Shown: piece after piece, positions 1 through 58,900 of the stretch
Layout: each line of letters opens with the position of its first letter
How positions within the stretch are numbered: position 1 is the first letter of the stretch
Source: Amoebidium appalachense
Lineage: Eukaryota > Protista > Ichthyosporea
Length of the DNA: 64,000 nt
Direction of reading: 5' to 3'
NCBI GenBank assembly: GCA_963693365.1
Contig: CAVNZM010000013.1
Location: 6,896,713 to 6,960,712 of the forward strand
Position numbers and translations under genes: made by a program
Notes under the pieces: model-generated
Seen by the model: only the letters and a program-made list of their open reading frames with translations
Database searches by the model: none
What the model was told of the DNA's origin: nothing

Positions 1-382
1 GGGAGAGGGGAGAAGGGCAAATAGTGGGAAGAGTGTGTAAGTGTCCTGAAGGAGGAAAGACGTCTGATATACCCATTAGATATTCCCATATGATATACTT
101 AATTTTCAATAACATTTTTACTTACTCAATGAATGCATTCATTCTGAAATACGCTTGCTACATTACTTTAAATACTATTTTGTATCATTCTCCATAAACT
201 CCATCAATATACTCTTTTCGAACCAGCAGCATATAATCATTTTATATGGCCAGCTATCACCATTACTCCGCTTTGTTGCTTTGTTACTATTTATTTAGTT
301 TTTAATCCTATTTCTGTAGTCACATTTGGATGATACTAATTGCATTAAATCGCGGGTTAAACCTGACAATTGGCGGGAGCAG

Positions 383-24522
<24,140 letters not shown>

Positions 24523-24832
24523 GCGTGTATAGTCATGGGGTGTTTGAAAACAACCACACGTATGTAAAAAAGACGTTGAACGTTAAATACCCGGTTTTGT
24601 GTTTTAGAAGTCGAAAGTCTGTTAGTTTTTGGTTGAGTTTGTTTATTATTTCTTCCGAATGCTTGTTTTTACACCTGCTTTCAAAAACTGGCGTAGTGAA
24701 ATGAAAACGAAGATAACGTGTGACACACAGAGACACACACAGAAATATTAATGCATGCGTGCACACATTGTCACTCCCGACAAACACGCCCAATGACACA
24801 CACACACACGCACACACACACACACGCACACG

Positions 24833-24904
<72 letters not shown>

Positions 24905-25437
24905 GGGACAGCCGAGACTGGAGCCCTTTCAATATGTGTAATTTCAAGCGTAAAAATGCTTTGAGCATATGAACTAAGACCTTGTATATACTAGTCTCTA
25001 GCAATAGGTAATGAATGCATTATAAAGAATGAATGTGGATTGTCATTTGATGCTCGCCTTTTTTTTATACGCAATGCTGACAGTCAATCACGTGATGTCG
25101 TGTTTAGGAGGTCCTTCTTGATTGGTCCTCGCACCACTAATATGCTAATAAAGCAAAAGACGATATACGCCACATGTTTAATATTTGCACATAGCCCAGC
25201 CCCAAAAGCTGTTCGTGAACACTCAACTCCCTGAAGTCGGTTTGCTTTGGTGATGTGTATGAGCACACGTGCGGGAAAAAAAAAAAAAGTTCGAATAGAT
25301 GATATTCAAGTTGTGCCCCCCCCCCCCCCCCCTTCCTCCCCCCTCCCCCCTTCGTGGGGTCACATGCATGGGCCAATATTGCCGTACGATAACCCCCATT
25401 TTTTATTTGATTTTGGTAGGGGACTGAGCATTTTTTT

Positions 25438-25480
<43 letters not shown>

Positions 25481-26161
25481 AGGGGGGGGAGGGGAAAGGG
25501 GGGGGGGGAGGTAAGTGGACAGCGAAGTACACGGTTGTTTACAATGCACACATGCGTAGGTACATGGTATTATTGTTCTTAGCTGCGACCACATGCATGA
25601 TTGAAATGATGTAAAGCCTTGAATTCAGTCACCGATGATCAACAAGTTACTACTGAAACTATTCAGTTTGAGTATAACTCCACAAGGCTGATTACCTTTT
25701 CAATTAGAGCTACTAAGGGCCTATTGGCGCTATAGCTATACTTAGGACATCGTCCTCTAGTATACATACGGTGTCCATGTAATCCTACCCTCAAATACAT
25801 CACCCATGTTGGTTGACTGTTACAGTAGGTCGCATTCATTAACTTCAATTTAAAAAGCCCTCGTGCGTTCTCATGAAAAGTTTGTCAAATACACTCATAA
25901 ACAGAGCCAATCGTAATCCATACACATTTACATATCCACTCGTGTCCAGTGAACCCCCCCCCCCCCCCCTCCCCACCCTTCCTCCGGATCCCCAGGTTGA
26001 GCTAGTACGGAGGGGTAATGGGAGGGGCACCTCCCCTTATTACATTTAGATTATATGCTGCAGATTTGGAAAGGAAAAGGGGGGGAATAATCAGGTAATA
26101 ACTCGAAACCCAAGTAGTCTGAGAGTCACCGCGTTCAGACAATGACTCTGAGGATCATAAA

Positions 26162-26234
<73 letters not shown>

Positions 26235-26559
26235 TCCAACAACATTTCGAAACATAGACTGCTCAACGTAATGGACGACGTCATGCAAAGCTTTGGAGAA
26301 GAATGGTGACCAGTTCTCCTCTTTTTATTATATGTACACGGCCAGCTAAGTTCAAAATTCACATTCTTAAATCAGAACACCTCCACCTTCTCTCATCTTC
26401 TTGGGCTGCAACTTCTGTAACCTGTAACCTGTATTCAGAACCTGCCAAGACAAGATTCAAGTTATTACCAGAAAAAAGGGAACCCAGCTCTATATATCTA
26501 TTGCTTGGTCAGTTCTTTTGCTTGTTAGGCTTGGTTAACTTGAAATTGGACAAAAATCC

Positions 26560-26815
26560 AAGTTGAAGAGCTCTTTTACTTAAAAAAATTACCACAACAA
26601 TTCTAAGACTTCATTAACAGTTCTTTTACTTGAAAAACTACCACAACAATTCTTCACTATGCAGTTGAAGAGTTCTTTTACTTAAAAAAAAACTATTACA
26701 CAACAATTCTTTATTAGTTGAAGAGTTCTTTTACTTGAAAATACGACTACACAACAATTCTTTACTAGTTGAAGAGTTCTTTACTCAAAAAAACTATCAC
26801 AACAGTTCTTCACAC
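26560..26815. repeat. Degenerate ~50-bp tandem repeat, ~5 copies
   Basis: Units AGTTGAAGAGTTCTTTTACTTxAAAAA..ACCACAACAATTCT; they reiterate the 3' end of the Cys-rich pseudogene. Confidence 0.8.
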
Positions 26816-27167
26816 AGTTTGCTGCAAAACGTACTCCTCAAAACTTCTTTCTTCAGTCCGGAGGTTGTAATGGGCCATGCACTCGTCAGTGCAGTCTTCA
26901 AGAGCCATTTCATTTCTCATCTTCATAAGTCTCGCCTTGGTTCGTCTGTGCACATGGTGCTTCGCTTGGGCGTCGTTGGCATGCTTTTCTTGCATGCAGG
27001 CCCGACAACACTTAGGGGCCGCATAAGGCCTGCCTCCAGAGGGTGCTCCACCAAGGATGTGTCTTCACACTTGATCACCGTGCACATCTCGTCGACCTCT
27101 GCTTGGACGGGCAGGGTGGGAAGGAGGAGGGCGACGGCGAGGGGGAGAAGGGGCAAAGGAACTTCAT
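26780..27167 (-). pseudogene. Frameshifted gene for a small secreted Cys-rich protein of unknown family
   Basis: ATG AAG TTC (MKF) at 27167, then a frameshift into signal-peptide-like PLLPLAVALLLPTLPVQA|EVDEMCTVIKCED...GPACKK, a frameshift into TKARLMKMRNEMALEDCTDECMAHYN..EEYV, and another into NCVKNCC. A paralogous segment lies at 30300-30487. Confidence 0.55.
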
Positions 27168-28299
27168 GACTATGGTGTAACGTTGGATGCTTGATGCAGC
27201 CTATAGTGAAAATAACCGGTCTGTGGAAACAGTCCTTGTCTTGGCACAATTACACTATGCCAGGCCGCGCTAAGCCCTGACAGCCGAGATGCATGTCATG
27301 ATGAAAATCTCGGGCTCACTACTAAACTTCAAGCAAAGTTCTTACCTTTGGAGAGTACAAGCTTAAGTGCTTTGGATAGTCACCACACACCACCCTCAAC
27401 TAGATGTGCCCACGCAACCACGGCCATCTAGAGACTCTCTAGATGGCCGTGCCACGCAACGCATGCACAAACAGCAATAGACCATACAGCACGATATATA
27501 TAGCCGAAGTATGTGAAACAGCATGAAGTCAAAGGTCGCTCATAATCATATTCCATGACTTCGTACATAACGTGTTCGACATCCCGCAGGAAGAGTGACG
27601 TCTGTCTGGCTGTAGTACTACATATGTGTGTCATATGCATACGTTCACTAATCAGCTTTGTACATGTACGTGGACCTAGCTGGCAGATGATTGCAGGTGC
27701 ACAATTACTGCCCCTTGTAAAGATCATTTTGGGCTGGTAGTGCCTGATGCACTGCCTATTTTTAGTGCTGAAACCCTGAGGACATGACACCTATAAGTCT
27801 ACTGACTGTATATGACTGAGTGCACCGTGTTCACATGTGTGCTGTCGCTGTGCCTTTGTGCATGCCATGACCACCAGACGGTGAAGCTTCGAATTCTGCC
27901 CTCCTCCAGAGCTCGAAATTCTGAACTTTGAAGCCCCGTTTCGCATTTTTGGCCCCCGTACATAAATGTCTGTCGTATAAATCAGCTGCGTGATTATAAC
28001 ACTGTATGAAAAGAACAAGTAATATTTTACCTCTTAGGACTTGTTTCCCCCGGGTACACTTCATTCGCACATCCCGGGGCCCTACCCCACCTATTTTGTA
28101 TTACATTCCCCGGGCCCCAGGACCGTCCGCGACAGTCACACCGTCCTAACAGTTCGAATCGAACCCTGCGCAACGCTCGGCGAGCGTCAGTAAATTTTTA
28201 TCACACTGGTATGCATCTGGGCCAAATTTTAACCCACCCTGTGTCAGCTACTGCAATGCATCATGGACTTCATGGTATGCATATGCGGGCTATGTCAGT

Positions 28300-28900
28300 G
28301 GCAGTCGAACTTGGTGTGTCCCATTCCGAGATATCCTTTTAAATACTTATCTCCTTTATTTTTCTCTTCTACTAGTTATCAGCAGTATGTTACTTGGTTT
28401 CATACTCAATATCCTTTGCTTCATCGTTGTGATAAAGAGATATATCATGGTAGGGCTCTTGAGCCTGTGCTTCGTTTTATATTAGCGACTCGTCTATTTT
28501 CTTTACAATCGTTGTGTAAATTAGCTACTTATATTTTTATATTTATCCTTCCACTCGTAAACCTACCACACTTACCGATTTTGCAATTCTAACCCCTCCT
28601 TGTGATATATATTGGAAATGTTTATTTTGGCGCTGTAACCTTTGTTTCCATAAATGTTTCGTGTGTTTGTGCCACTTTTGTGCAGAACCTTTTTCTCGTA
28701 AACACTTGGATAGATGTATTTATTTATCTCAGATTATTCCGTTAGAAATTAGAAGACTGGCTTATTTAGATAATCCACATATTAGCGTCTATTGACTATC
28801 TGTTGAACCACGGTATGTTTAACGAGTTTTCTAGGGTGTATGATTATTTAAGTCTGTTATCTCCTCCGTATCCGAGAGTGAGGGCTTTTGTATTTTTTTT
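28300..28900 (+). mobile_element. Possible degenerate LINE 3' end of a related family, tail-to-tail with copy 1
   Basis: Interrupted T-rich frame ending ..SIDYLLNHGMFNEFSRVYDYLSLL, which resembles ..TLDFLLNSVGRHIEYLYDFHTVFRYLSM on the opposite strand. The similarity is weak. Confidence 0.4.
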
Positions 28901-28969
28901 CTTTTGACTGGATTTATTCGACGGAAAGATATGCAAGTATGCACGGCATACTGAGAAGACAATAAAAAA

Positions 28970-30100
28970 CTTCACGAGTTATCCAGTAACAAGTGCATAC
29001 TGAGATACCTGAACACTGTGTGAAAATCGTATAAATACTCAATGTGACGACCAACAGAATTCAACAAAAAGTCTAAAGTGTTCACATTGCCAGCTAGTGT
29101 AGCAGACACCCGTAAGAGGTAGAACGCGACATAAAAACTCCCACCTATCAACATGCTTGCGATTAGAAAGTTCAGCACAAAAGTGGCACCAGCGGCGATG
29201 AAAACAAGAATTACAACGCCACTGCACAACTTCCCAGGCAATATCAACACTAGACCACCATACAGACTTATCTACTAGGGTGGTATCCATACGTACAGCA
29301 ATATCCTGCCAAAGCTCCCAAAAAGCGATAATGATCAGTACGGTGTTGCCTAAGGAACATAACACATGCCGACTGAGTTTTACCTTTGATTTCTCTATCT
29401 GAACGAGAAAGAAACTTATACTGCGTATGCTAATAACGCGAAAAGGCAGAAAAAAAAGGAAGAGAAAAGAAAGAGGGAGTGAGATAGCGAGAGGAAGAAT
29501 CAGGTTGAAAGAGGGTAGGCTGAGGACATTCAGAAGTAGCGTTGGTGAATCGGGGGGGAAGAGGGATGGAGGGAGGGGGGGGGGAAAGAAAGCATAAAGA
29601 GGGTGACCATCAGGTATCCTAACTAAATGAAAACATAAACGAAGAGACAATTCCTCCATACGACAAACAGCAGACGACAATCCAAACATACTTAATAAGG
29701 GAGGCACAAACCGAGCACGAAACAAAGTGCGCAGCTGCAGCGCAGTACCCTGAAAATCGTCGAACTCTTTCAGCGCCATGGTGCACGGCCGCCTCGCGAG
29801 GTGGGGCGCAGGCCAACAGCGGAAGTCCATATTCGAAAGTCGGCCGTAAAAAAGTTTTATAGTAGAGAAGAAGGTTCGCAGGATATGGATCACAGACTCC
29901 CGTTGAAACATATTTTCTTCTCCGAGATATCGGTGATATCTCGATGGCTTCTATTTTGCTGAGCATATCAATAAAGTCATTATAAAAAAAGAATTTTACA
30001 TCCTGTTGATAACACCATTCGTATGCGCACATTCCAATTTGCAATCTGTTGGCACCGAGCTCTAGTGTAAAGCTATGTATATAAAAGTATTGCTTACCCC
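28970..30100 (-). mobile_element. Degenerate non-LTR retrotransposon (LINE) 3' fragment, copy 1
   Basis: Frameshifted translation LLLYYKTFLRPTFEYGLPLL...ALKEFDDFQGTAL..RTLF (the RT thumb-like 'LYKTF.RP..EYG' motif), followed by a Cys/His region WRCNSCFHRRWCHFC..NRKHV and TLDFLLN. About 850 bp is duplicated at 58070-58900. Confidence 0.75.
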
Positions 30101-30299
30101 ATGAAGCCCCCTGAAGGACTAACGGGGACACAATATACATGTACAATGTGCATAAGGAGAGCTTGGTGTGTGCGTGTGCCGTGTGTGTGCACATGTTTTG
30201 ATGTGGGTGGCTGTGTCCTGCCCTCCTCCACAAAGTTTCATTTTTATCACACTGGCATGCACCCGGGACAAATTTTAACCCACACGCACAGCCACTCAT

Positions 30300-30487
30300 T
30301 TCAAGTATGCAAGTACTACACCAAGCCTACTAAGGCGAGACTTTTTAAGATGAGAAAGGCCATGGCTCTTGAAGACTGCACTGATGACTGCTTGGCCAAC
30401 AATGAATCAGAGGAAGACATAGTTGAGGATTATATTGGAACTCAAAACTGCGTCATGGATTGCTGTAAGAGGTTTAACAAGTATTAG
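30300..30487 (+). pseudogene. Partial paralog (C-terminal half) of the Cys-rich protein at 26780-27167
   Basis: PTKARLFKMRKAMALEDCTDDCLANNESEEDIVEDYIGTQNCVMDCCKRFNKY* aligns with TKARLMKMRNEMALEDCTDECMA...EEYV..NCVKNCC. No N-terminus found. Confidence 0.55.
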
Positions 30488-31050
30488 AACTCGTCACCTT
30501 GCGGGGAAATTACACTAGTGTTTACTCACGTGGTGATGTGATGCATATGAGCTGGCTTTACTAATAGGTGGCGGTAGTTATTGCTTATAGCAACTCGAGC
30601 AATAACAGGAGGAGGAGGTCTTATATTATGTACGTAAAGTAAATATACTTAGCTAGCCGATCACATAGAATAGGAAATACCTACGTTTGGAAAGACAACG
30701 ATCGCGCACATCAACCTAGCACGACTCAGAACAGACAGATAGTGTCTCAGGCAGAAAAGACAACCGATGTGTGGAACAAACGTGTGTTCGATCCCGCAAC
30801 TTCTAGCTGCTTGGTGGAGCTGGGTGAACACACGGTAAAGACGGTAAGGTATATGTCGAGGCCCGATGCCAAAAGTTAAAAAAAATTCAATACAAGGGTC
30901 CCTGTGTGAACACGGGGACGTCAGATTCGACCTAGGCTAAGTCTTGTTGGGCTATTTTTCATTTCAAAGGAATGGAGGGGAAGGGAGAGGAGCTATGTAA
31001 GGTAGTAGAAGCCCTGGCGAGTTCCAGCTCCCCCCCCCCCCCCCCCCCTT

Positions 31051-31081
<31 letters not shown>

Positions 31082-31173
31082 TAAGGGGGAAGAAAATACC
31101 GGTACCCCAACCCCCTATTAGTAACTGGAGGGGTGGGGGTGCCATGATGTATGATGACACATGCACACACACG

Positions 31174-31214
<41 letters not shown>

Positions 31215-31371
31215 ACACGAGACGCACACACGCACACGACATGCGCACACGCACACATACATACGCACACACCCACACACACACCACCCACAATTTTGCA
31301 CACACCTACACACACGTTGCAGTGACACACACACACACAAAACACACACACACACACATACACACACACAC

Positions 31372-31447
<76 letters not shown>

Positions 31448-32373
31448 GGAAGAGAGAGAGCGAGAAAGAGAAACCTGTACGTACGAACATTCAGATACAC
31501 ATACACTCAAACACAAACCATGGGCAGTCTCTTTACAGTGAAAGTATATGGGTTCAAAGCCCAGCAGCGTTAATTTTAACTTCTAGTTTACAATCGTTCA
31601 TCCAAGGAAATGTATCCCGGTGTTAAACTGAAAGTGGAGTAATATGCATTTGTTCAACAATAGGCGTGACAGTACCGCATGCCTCTTAAGTAAGCAGGTG
31701 TCTGTGTGTGTCTGTGTGTTTGTGTGTGTGTGTGTGTGCGTGCGCGCGCGCATGTGTGTGTGTGTGCCTGTGGTGTACGTTTGTGTGTCTGTGTGTGAAT
31801 TTGCACCGATGTGTCTACAACATTTAACATGCTCAGGTTTGTGTGGGATATATGCTGTGCGTCGCTGTATGTGTACATGCGCAAAGTGCGCAGCTATGAT
31901 GTGGTATATATGCATGGTATGTATGCCATGTACACCTAAATGTGCACATACGTCTGTTATGAATGCGATGCACACGCGTGTGCGTGTATGTGAGTAGCAT
32001 GTACGAGTGCTTACATATCTGACTAATACGTGCGCATATGTGTAGTTCAAAGGGATGCGCAAATAGGCACGCACTAACCATGTGTATTTCTTCTCCTTTT
32101 GATGTCACAGGACCGGGAAGGGAGAGCGCTAACATAGGAGAGTATACCTATCCGATATCACAGCTTTGACTACAAGAATAGGAATTAATGATTGGAATCA
32201 ACAGGTCTTTTGCACTTCAAAAAACAAAGTCTATGTCTTAACTTTCATCAGCTATCCCCTTACATTCCCACGCCCGATACTCCCTTTTTAGGAAACGTTC
32301 AATATAGCGTGATCGAGGTTGAATGGGCTGGGATAGTGTTGGGGCAGTTGGAATTTTTTGCTGGCACCGGCGG

Positions 32374-42124
<9,751 letters not shown>

Positions 42125-43982
42125 GGTAATGAATTTCGGAGATTTCAGTGTGCTTTTTGTTTCCACTTATGTTACCGCTGTTTCTATCTCACGCTCTCTC
42201 TCTCTCTCTCTTTCTCTGCCTCTCACTTTGAGGTATCCTGATACATATCACTTCCTCTGTAATTATGAAAGAATGAATTTATTGCTGTTCACACACGTAA
42301 CTTTCCCGGCCGCGGCTCTTGAGTGCACCCCTCCCCGGTTTTCGTGCTGAAAGAGCCCAAAAAAAATTCGCACCCAGTAGTTTCCAGAAAGAGAGGAAAA
42401 AAAGTCAAATTTGTTGAAATAGACCCGAAAATGGGCTCAAACTTCACACTCTCAGCGGCAGGAGGGGGTTTTTTAAAATTTTGCTGAGTATTCGTTTTCG
42501 GATACGCCTGCCCCCAGGTATTTCGTAACGATACCGTCTAAGCCAATCAACTGCAACCTACATGACCTTACACCAATCGATGTTTTGATGCTTTGATGCC
42601 GTCTCTCTCTCTCTCTCTCTCCTCCCTCTGTGGAGAGGAGGGGGGGAGACCCGAGAGAAAGGGGCATGCAACAATCGTAGCTTTTTGTACGAACATACAC
42701 CAGGAATCGTGCATCGTGTGTTGATTAACCAAAACTGTAAACAGAACGGAGATCACACTTCTGTCCGGATTTACAGTTCATGTTTCCTGGCCTGGAGGTT
42801 GCATGTGGCCCAGGTAAAACGAGACCCACACATACCACCCACATTTTATTAAGCATGAAGCAAAATAAATTGCTATAGATAGGTGCGAACAGAGGTGCGA
42901 TTCGCCCAGGCCAATAGAGGTGGAATATTTTGGCGAAAAAAAAAAGAAACGAATAGGAGGGAAAAAAGCCATATACCAATTACGATTGTGTTAGTGTGCA
43001 TAAAAGCCAACGACATCCTTGCAAACGGTTGCTGTACCTTTTTTCTTTTCCTTACAATAAAACACCTAATCTAATGATCCTCTTGGGTTGTCGGAAAAGA
43101 TGGAACACCCCGAGTAGTGATCGAAAGGAGCAAAACCTATTACAAGAAATTGCTATTCACTTGTTATCGACATGTAGAGCATACAAGACACATTATCTAG
43201 TATATCAAAGCTCTAGACTTCCAGCAAGAAAAAGTTGTCGCTCCTCAGCGTATCCAGTGACACGTCAAGCATGCGATCCAAAAAGAGTGACGTGTTAGTC
43301 TCACGGCATCCTTCCAGCTTGCACCCCTGAATCTGGCGTATGATAAGTGTCAGTGTGCAAACACGCAACACGGTGTGTGAGTGAATGCGAGTGTAACTGA
43401 GCGAGGTCATTGAGTGAGCGAGTGAGCGAGCGAGCGAGTGAGTGAGTGAGTGAGTGTGTGTGTGTGTGTGTGTGTCTGTGTGTATTGGAGCGTAGAGTAG
43501 TATTACAATGTACAGAGTGCTAAGTAGTCAGATTTTGAAAAAGAAAGCCCCCCCCCCCCCCCCCCCTCCAAAAGGGGGGGGGGGGGGGGGGGGGAGGATG
43601 AAGCACTGTCAGCATCACAGAGAGATGTACCCTCGGCACACACACTTGGCTGCTTTCTGTATCAGCAAAGGTTCTCCCGACCTGCCCTTCTTATCGACCA
43701 GTTAAAGAAAATGTTTGGTGTGCAAGGTGTGTATGGAGGTGCCAGTGAACAATTGCAGCGGGCTTTCTTTTTTCGTGGTACTCGTGTGCAAGCGTGCGAC
43801 GGCGATCGTGGTGGCCGGGTTTGTGTGTGAGTGAGTGTGCGTGTACGAGTGCGAGCATGTTGCATGTTGCATGTTGCATGTGAGTGTGAGTGTGAGTGTG
43901 AGTGTGAGTGTGAGTGTGAGTGTGAGTGTGAGTGTGAGTGTGTACGTCTGTGTGTGCAAACCAAAGAGAGGGGTCACCCACC

Positions 43983-56095
<12,113 letters not shown>

Positions 56096-56483
56096 TTTTA
56101 AATGTCAGGCTTGGAGTGTGATCCTAAGTGTGTTTGTGAAACGACTACAAATAGAAACGAAAAAAAAAGAAGTGTGTCCTTTACAAAAGAAAAGAAAAAC
56201 AAAGGCTAACCAAAATGACGAAAGGCTTTCTTGCATCACTAGCTGTCGAGAAAGCTATAAAACATCAAACCTTTTCTTTCGGCAGTTGGAATCAGTACTG
56301 ATCCTTTGACACCTCAACGTGCGGTTTGTTCAAATACAGCAGCAGGGAAACCTAGCTAGTAATTTTGTTAGAAAAACATATTCAAGCCGTTTTTTAAATA
56401 TATATAAATATATAGAAAGGAGACGGCCAGCGTTGTACATGTGGTTATTATTTCTAGTTACTGAACTATGGTGTTTTCTAGAA

Positions 56484-56708
56484 AATAGGGCTATAAATGC
56501 CGGAATTGAAAGAAGTAGTTCAAGGCTGAATGTTTCTAATAAAGATTTGTCAGAACAACAAGTTTATAAAGTTGCCCTTTAAGCTATATATAGAGAATAG
56601 GGCTATAAATGCCGGAATTGAAAGAAGTAGTTCAAGGCTGAATGTTTCTAATAAAGATTTGTCAGAACAACAAGTTTATAAAGTTGCCCTTTAAGCTATA
56701 TATAGAGA
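56484..56708. repeat. 112-bp direct tandem duplication upstream of SDS23
   Basis: AATAGGGCTATAAATGCCGGAATTG...AAGCTATATATAGAG occurs at 56484 and again at 56596. Confidence 0.9.
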
Positions 56709-57032
56709 GCTACTTATATGAGATTTACTTATTTCAAATATGGGAGATATACATTTTGAAGAAAGCAGAAATCTGTCATACTTTCAAGATGGGAATGTTG
56801 ACCGAGGATCAGAGCACTGGCTTCATTATAAGCCAATCATTAATCGATTTTGACTGCCAAATATAGCAAGTAAGTTCCGCGATTTTCGGAAACAAGCACT
56901 TTAATTTCGATAATTTCGATTTGCTCATGCATCAGCCTCTAGCGGGCACAATTGAAAGAGAGAAAGAAAAAAAAAAAGAAAGAACGAAAAAAACCTCAGG
57001 GAAACGGACCAATGTGCACGTATGCAGACGTC

Positions 57033-57066
<34 letters not shown>

Positions 57067-58069
57067 GGGAGAGAGAGAGAGAGCGGGAGAGAGAGAATGA
57101 GTGAGAGAGGAGAGAGAGAGAGAGAGAACGGTGTGTGTGTGTGTGTGTGTGTGTTTTTTGTGTGTGTGCGTGTGTTTTTTGTGTGTGTGCGTGTGTGTGT
57201 TTTGTGCGTGTGCGTGTTTTGTGTGTGTGCGTGTGTGTGTTGTGTGCGCGTGCGTGTCACCACCTTTCTTTAACATATACCCCTTCACCGTGACCCCTTT
57301 CCACTTTTTGGTGTCTTAGCTGCCAATAACAAACCCACACGCAAAAACATTTTCTACCACACCCAGCCACACTTTTTTCATCCTTTGTTCCCCTACAACC
57401 TATCACCGAAAAATCCTTAGCAGCATAACAACATTTTAAATGTGCCTTGAGGGCTATACGACGCCGTAAAAACTTTCGCAAACACACAATGCTCCTTTGA
57501 ACACAACATACATCCACTCTTTAAAATTCGCCAACGCAAGTACGCAACTGCCCGAGAGTGTTCATTATTCGTCGCACGACAAGGTAAACTTCACCCATAA
57601 TACTCAATATCCTTACCACGGCAACATTACCCGGTACCAAAAAGAAATAAGTGCTACGCCAATGTATACAATGCACAAAATACATCCCAGACCACATAAC
57701 CATCCACGCCGTTTTTTCTCATACTTCGATTCCAATTCTCTCCAATGAGCACTACACTCCATACCCCTTCGCATCCCTTCACTCGTAACAAAATTGCAGC
57801 ATTTCCCAACAACACCATCAACACAATAGCATATAGTACCCATGCGACAACATCCCGCTTCGTCAACACCTCCTTTCCAAACTCAAGAAACACATCAAAC
57901 ATCATCTTCGTTTTTCACTCTCGATCATTCAACGTTCAGAAAGAAGTTCACTCGAGCTCTGTAAAACTGAAACGCCGGCTGTGCACTACTCATCTCTGAT
58001 ACAGTGCGGCCTCCATCCAGCAAATTCCATCAGGAAAAAAATCCGTGCTTTTCCTGTCAAGACAGAAAC

Positions 58070-58900
58070 GTTTGACGACCAACAGAAATCAACAAAAAGT
58101 CATAAGTGGTCACATTACCAGCCAGTGTAGCAGACATCCATAGGGAAAGAGGTAAAACGCGACATAAAAACTCACACCTATCAACATGCTTGCGATTAAA
58201 AAGTTCAGCACAAAAGTGGCACCAGCGGCGATGAAAACAAGAATTACAACGCCACTGCACAACTTCCCAGGCAATATCAACATCAGAGCACCATACAGAC
58301 TTATCTACTAGGGTGGTATCCATACGCACAGCAGGAGAAATGTATCCTGCCAAAGCTCCCAAAAAGCGATAATGATCAGTACGGTGTTGCCTAAGGAACA
58401 TAACACATGCCGACTGAGTTTTACCTTTGATTTCTCTATCAGAACGAGAAAGAAACTTATACTGCGTATGGTAATAACGCGAAAAGGCAGAAAAAACAGG
58501 AAGAGAAAAGAAAGAGGGAGTGAGATAGCGAGAGGAAGAATCAGGTTGAAAGAGGGTAGGCTGAGGACATTCAGAAGTAGCGTTGGTGAATCGGGGGGGA
58601 AGAGGGATGGAGGGAGGGGGGGGAAAGAAAGCATCATGAAGAGGGTGACCATCAGGTATCCTAACTAAATGAAAACAGAAACGAAGAGACAATTCCTCCA
58701 TACGGCAAACAGCAGACGACAATCCAAACATACTGATTAAGGGAGGCACAAACCGAGTACGAAACAAAGTGCGCAGCGCAGTACCCTGAAAACCGTCGAA
58801 CTGTTTCAGCGCGAGGTGGGGCGCAGGCCAATAGCGGAAGTCCATATTCGAAAGTCGGCCGTAAAAAAAGTTTTATAGTAGAGAAGAAGGTTCGCAGGAT
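58070..58900 (-). mobile_element. Degenerate LINE 3' fragment, copy 2 (5'-truncated)
   Basis: Co-linear with and highly similar to 29047-29885, with small indels; same LLLYYKTF/RPTFEYGLPLL peptide. Confidence 0.75.

Noticed and set aside
26230-26310. Exon-like SNNISKHRLLNVMDDVMQSFGEEW*
   Set aside because: No convincing upstream exons or homology.
57300-58020. Compositionally distinct CA-rich non-repetitive stretch, possibly an old LINE fragment
   Set aside because: No recognisable peptide motif, and stops occur throughout the frames I read.
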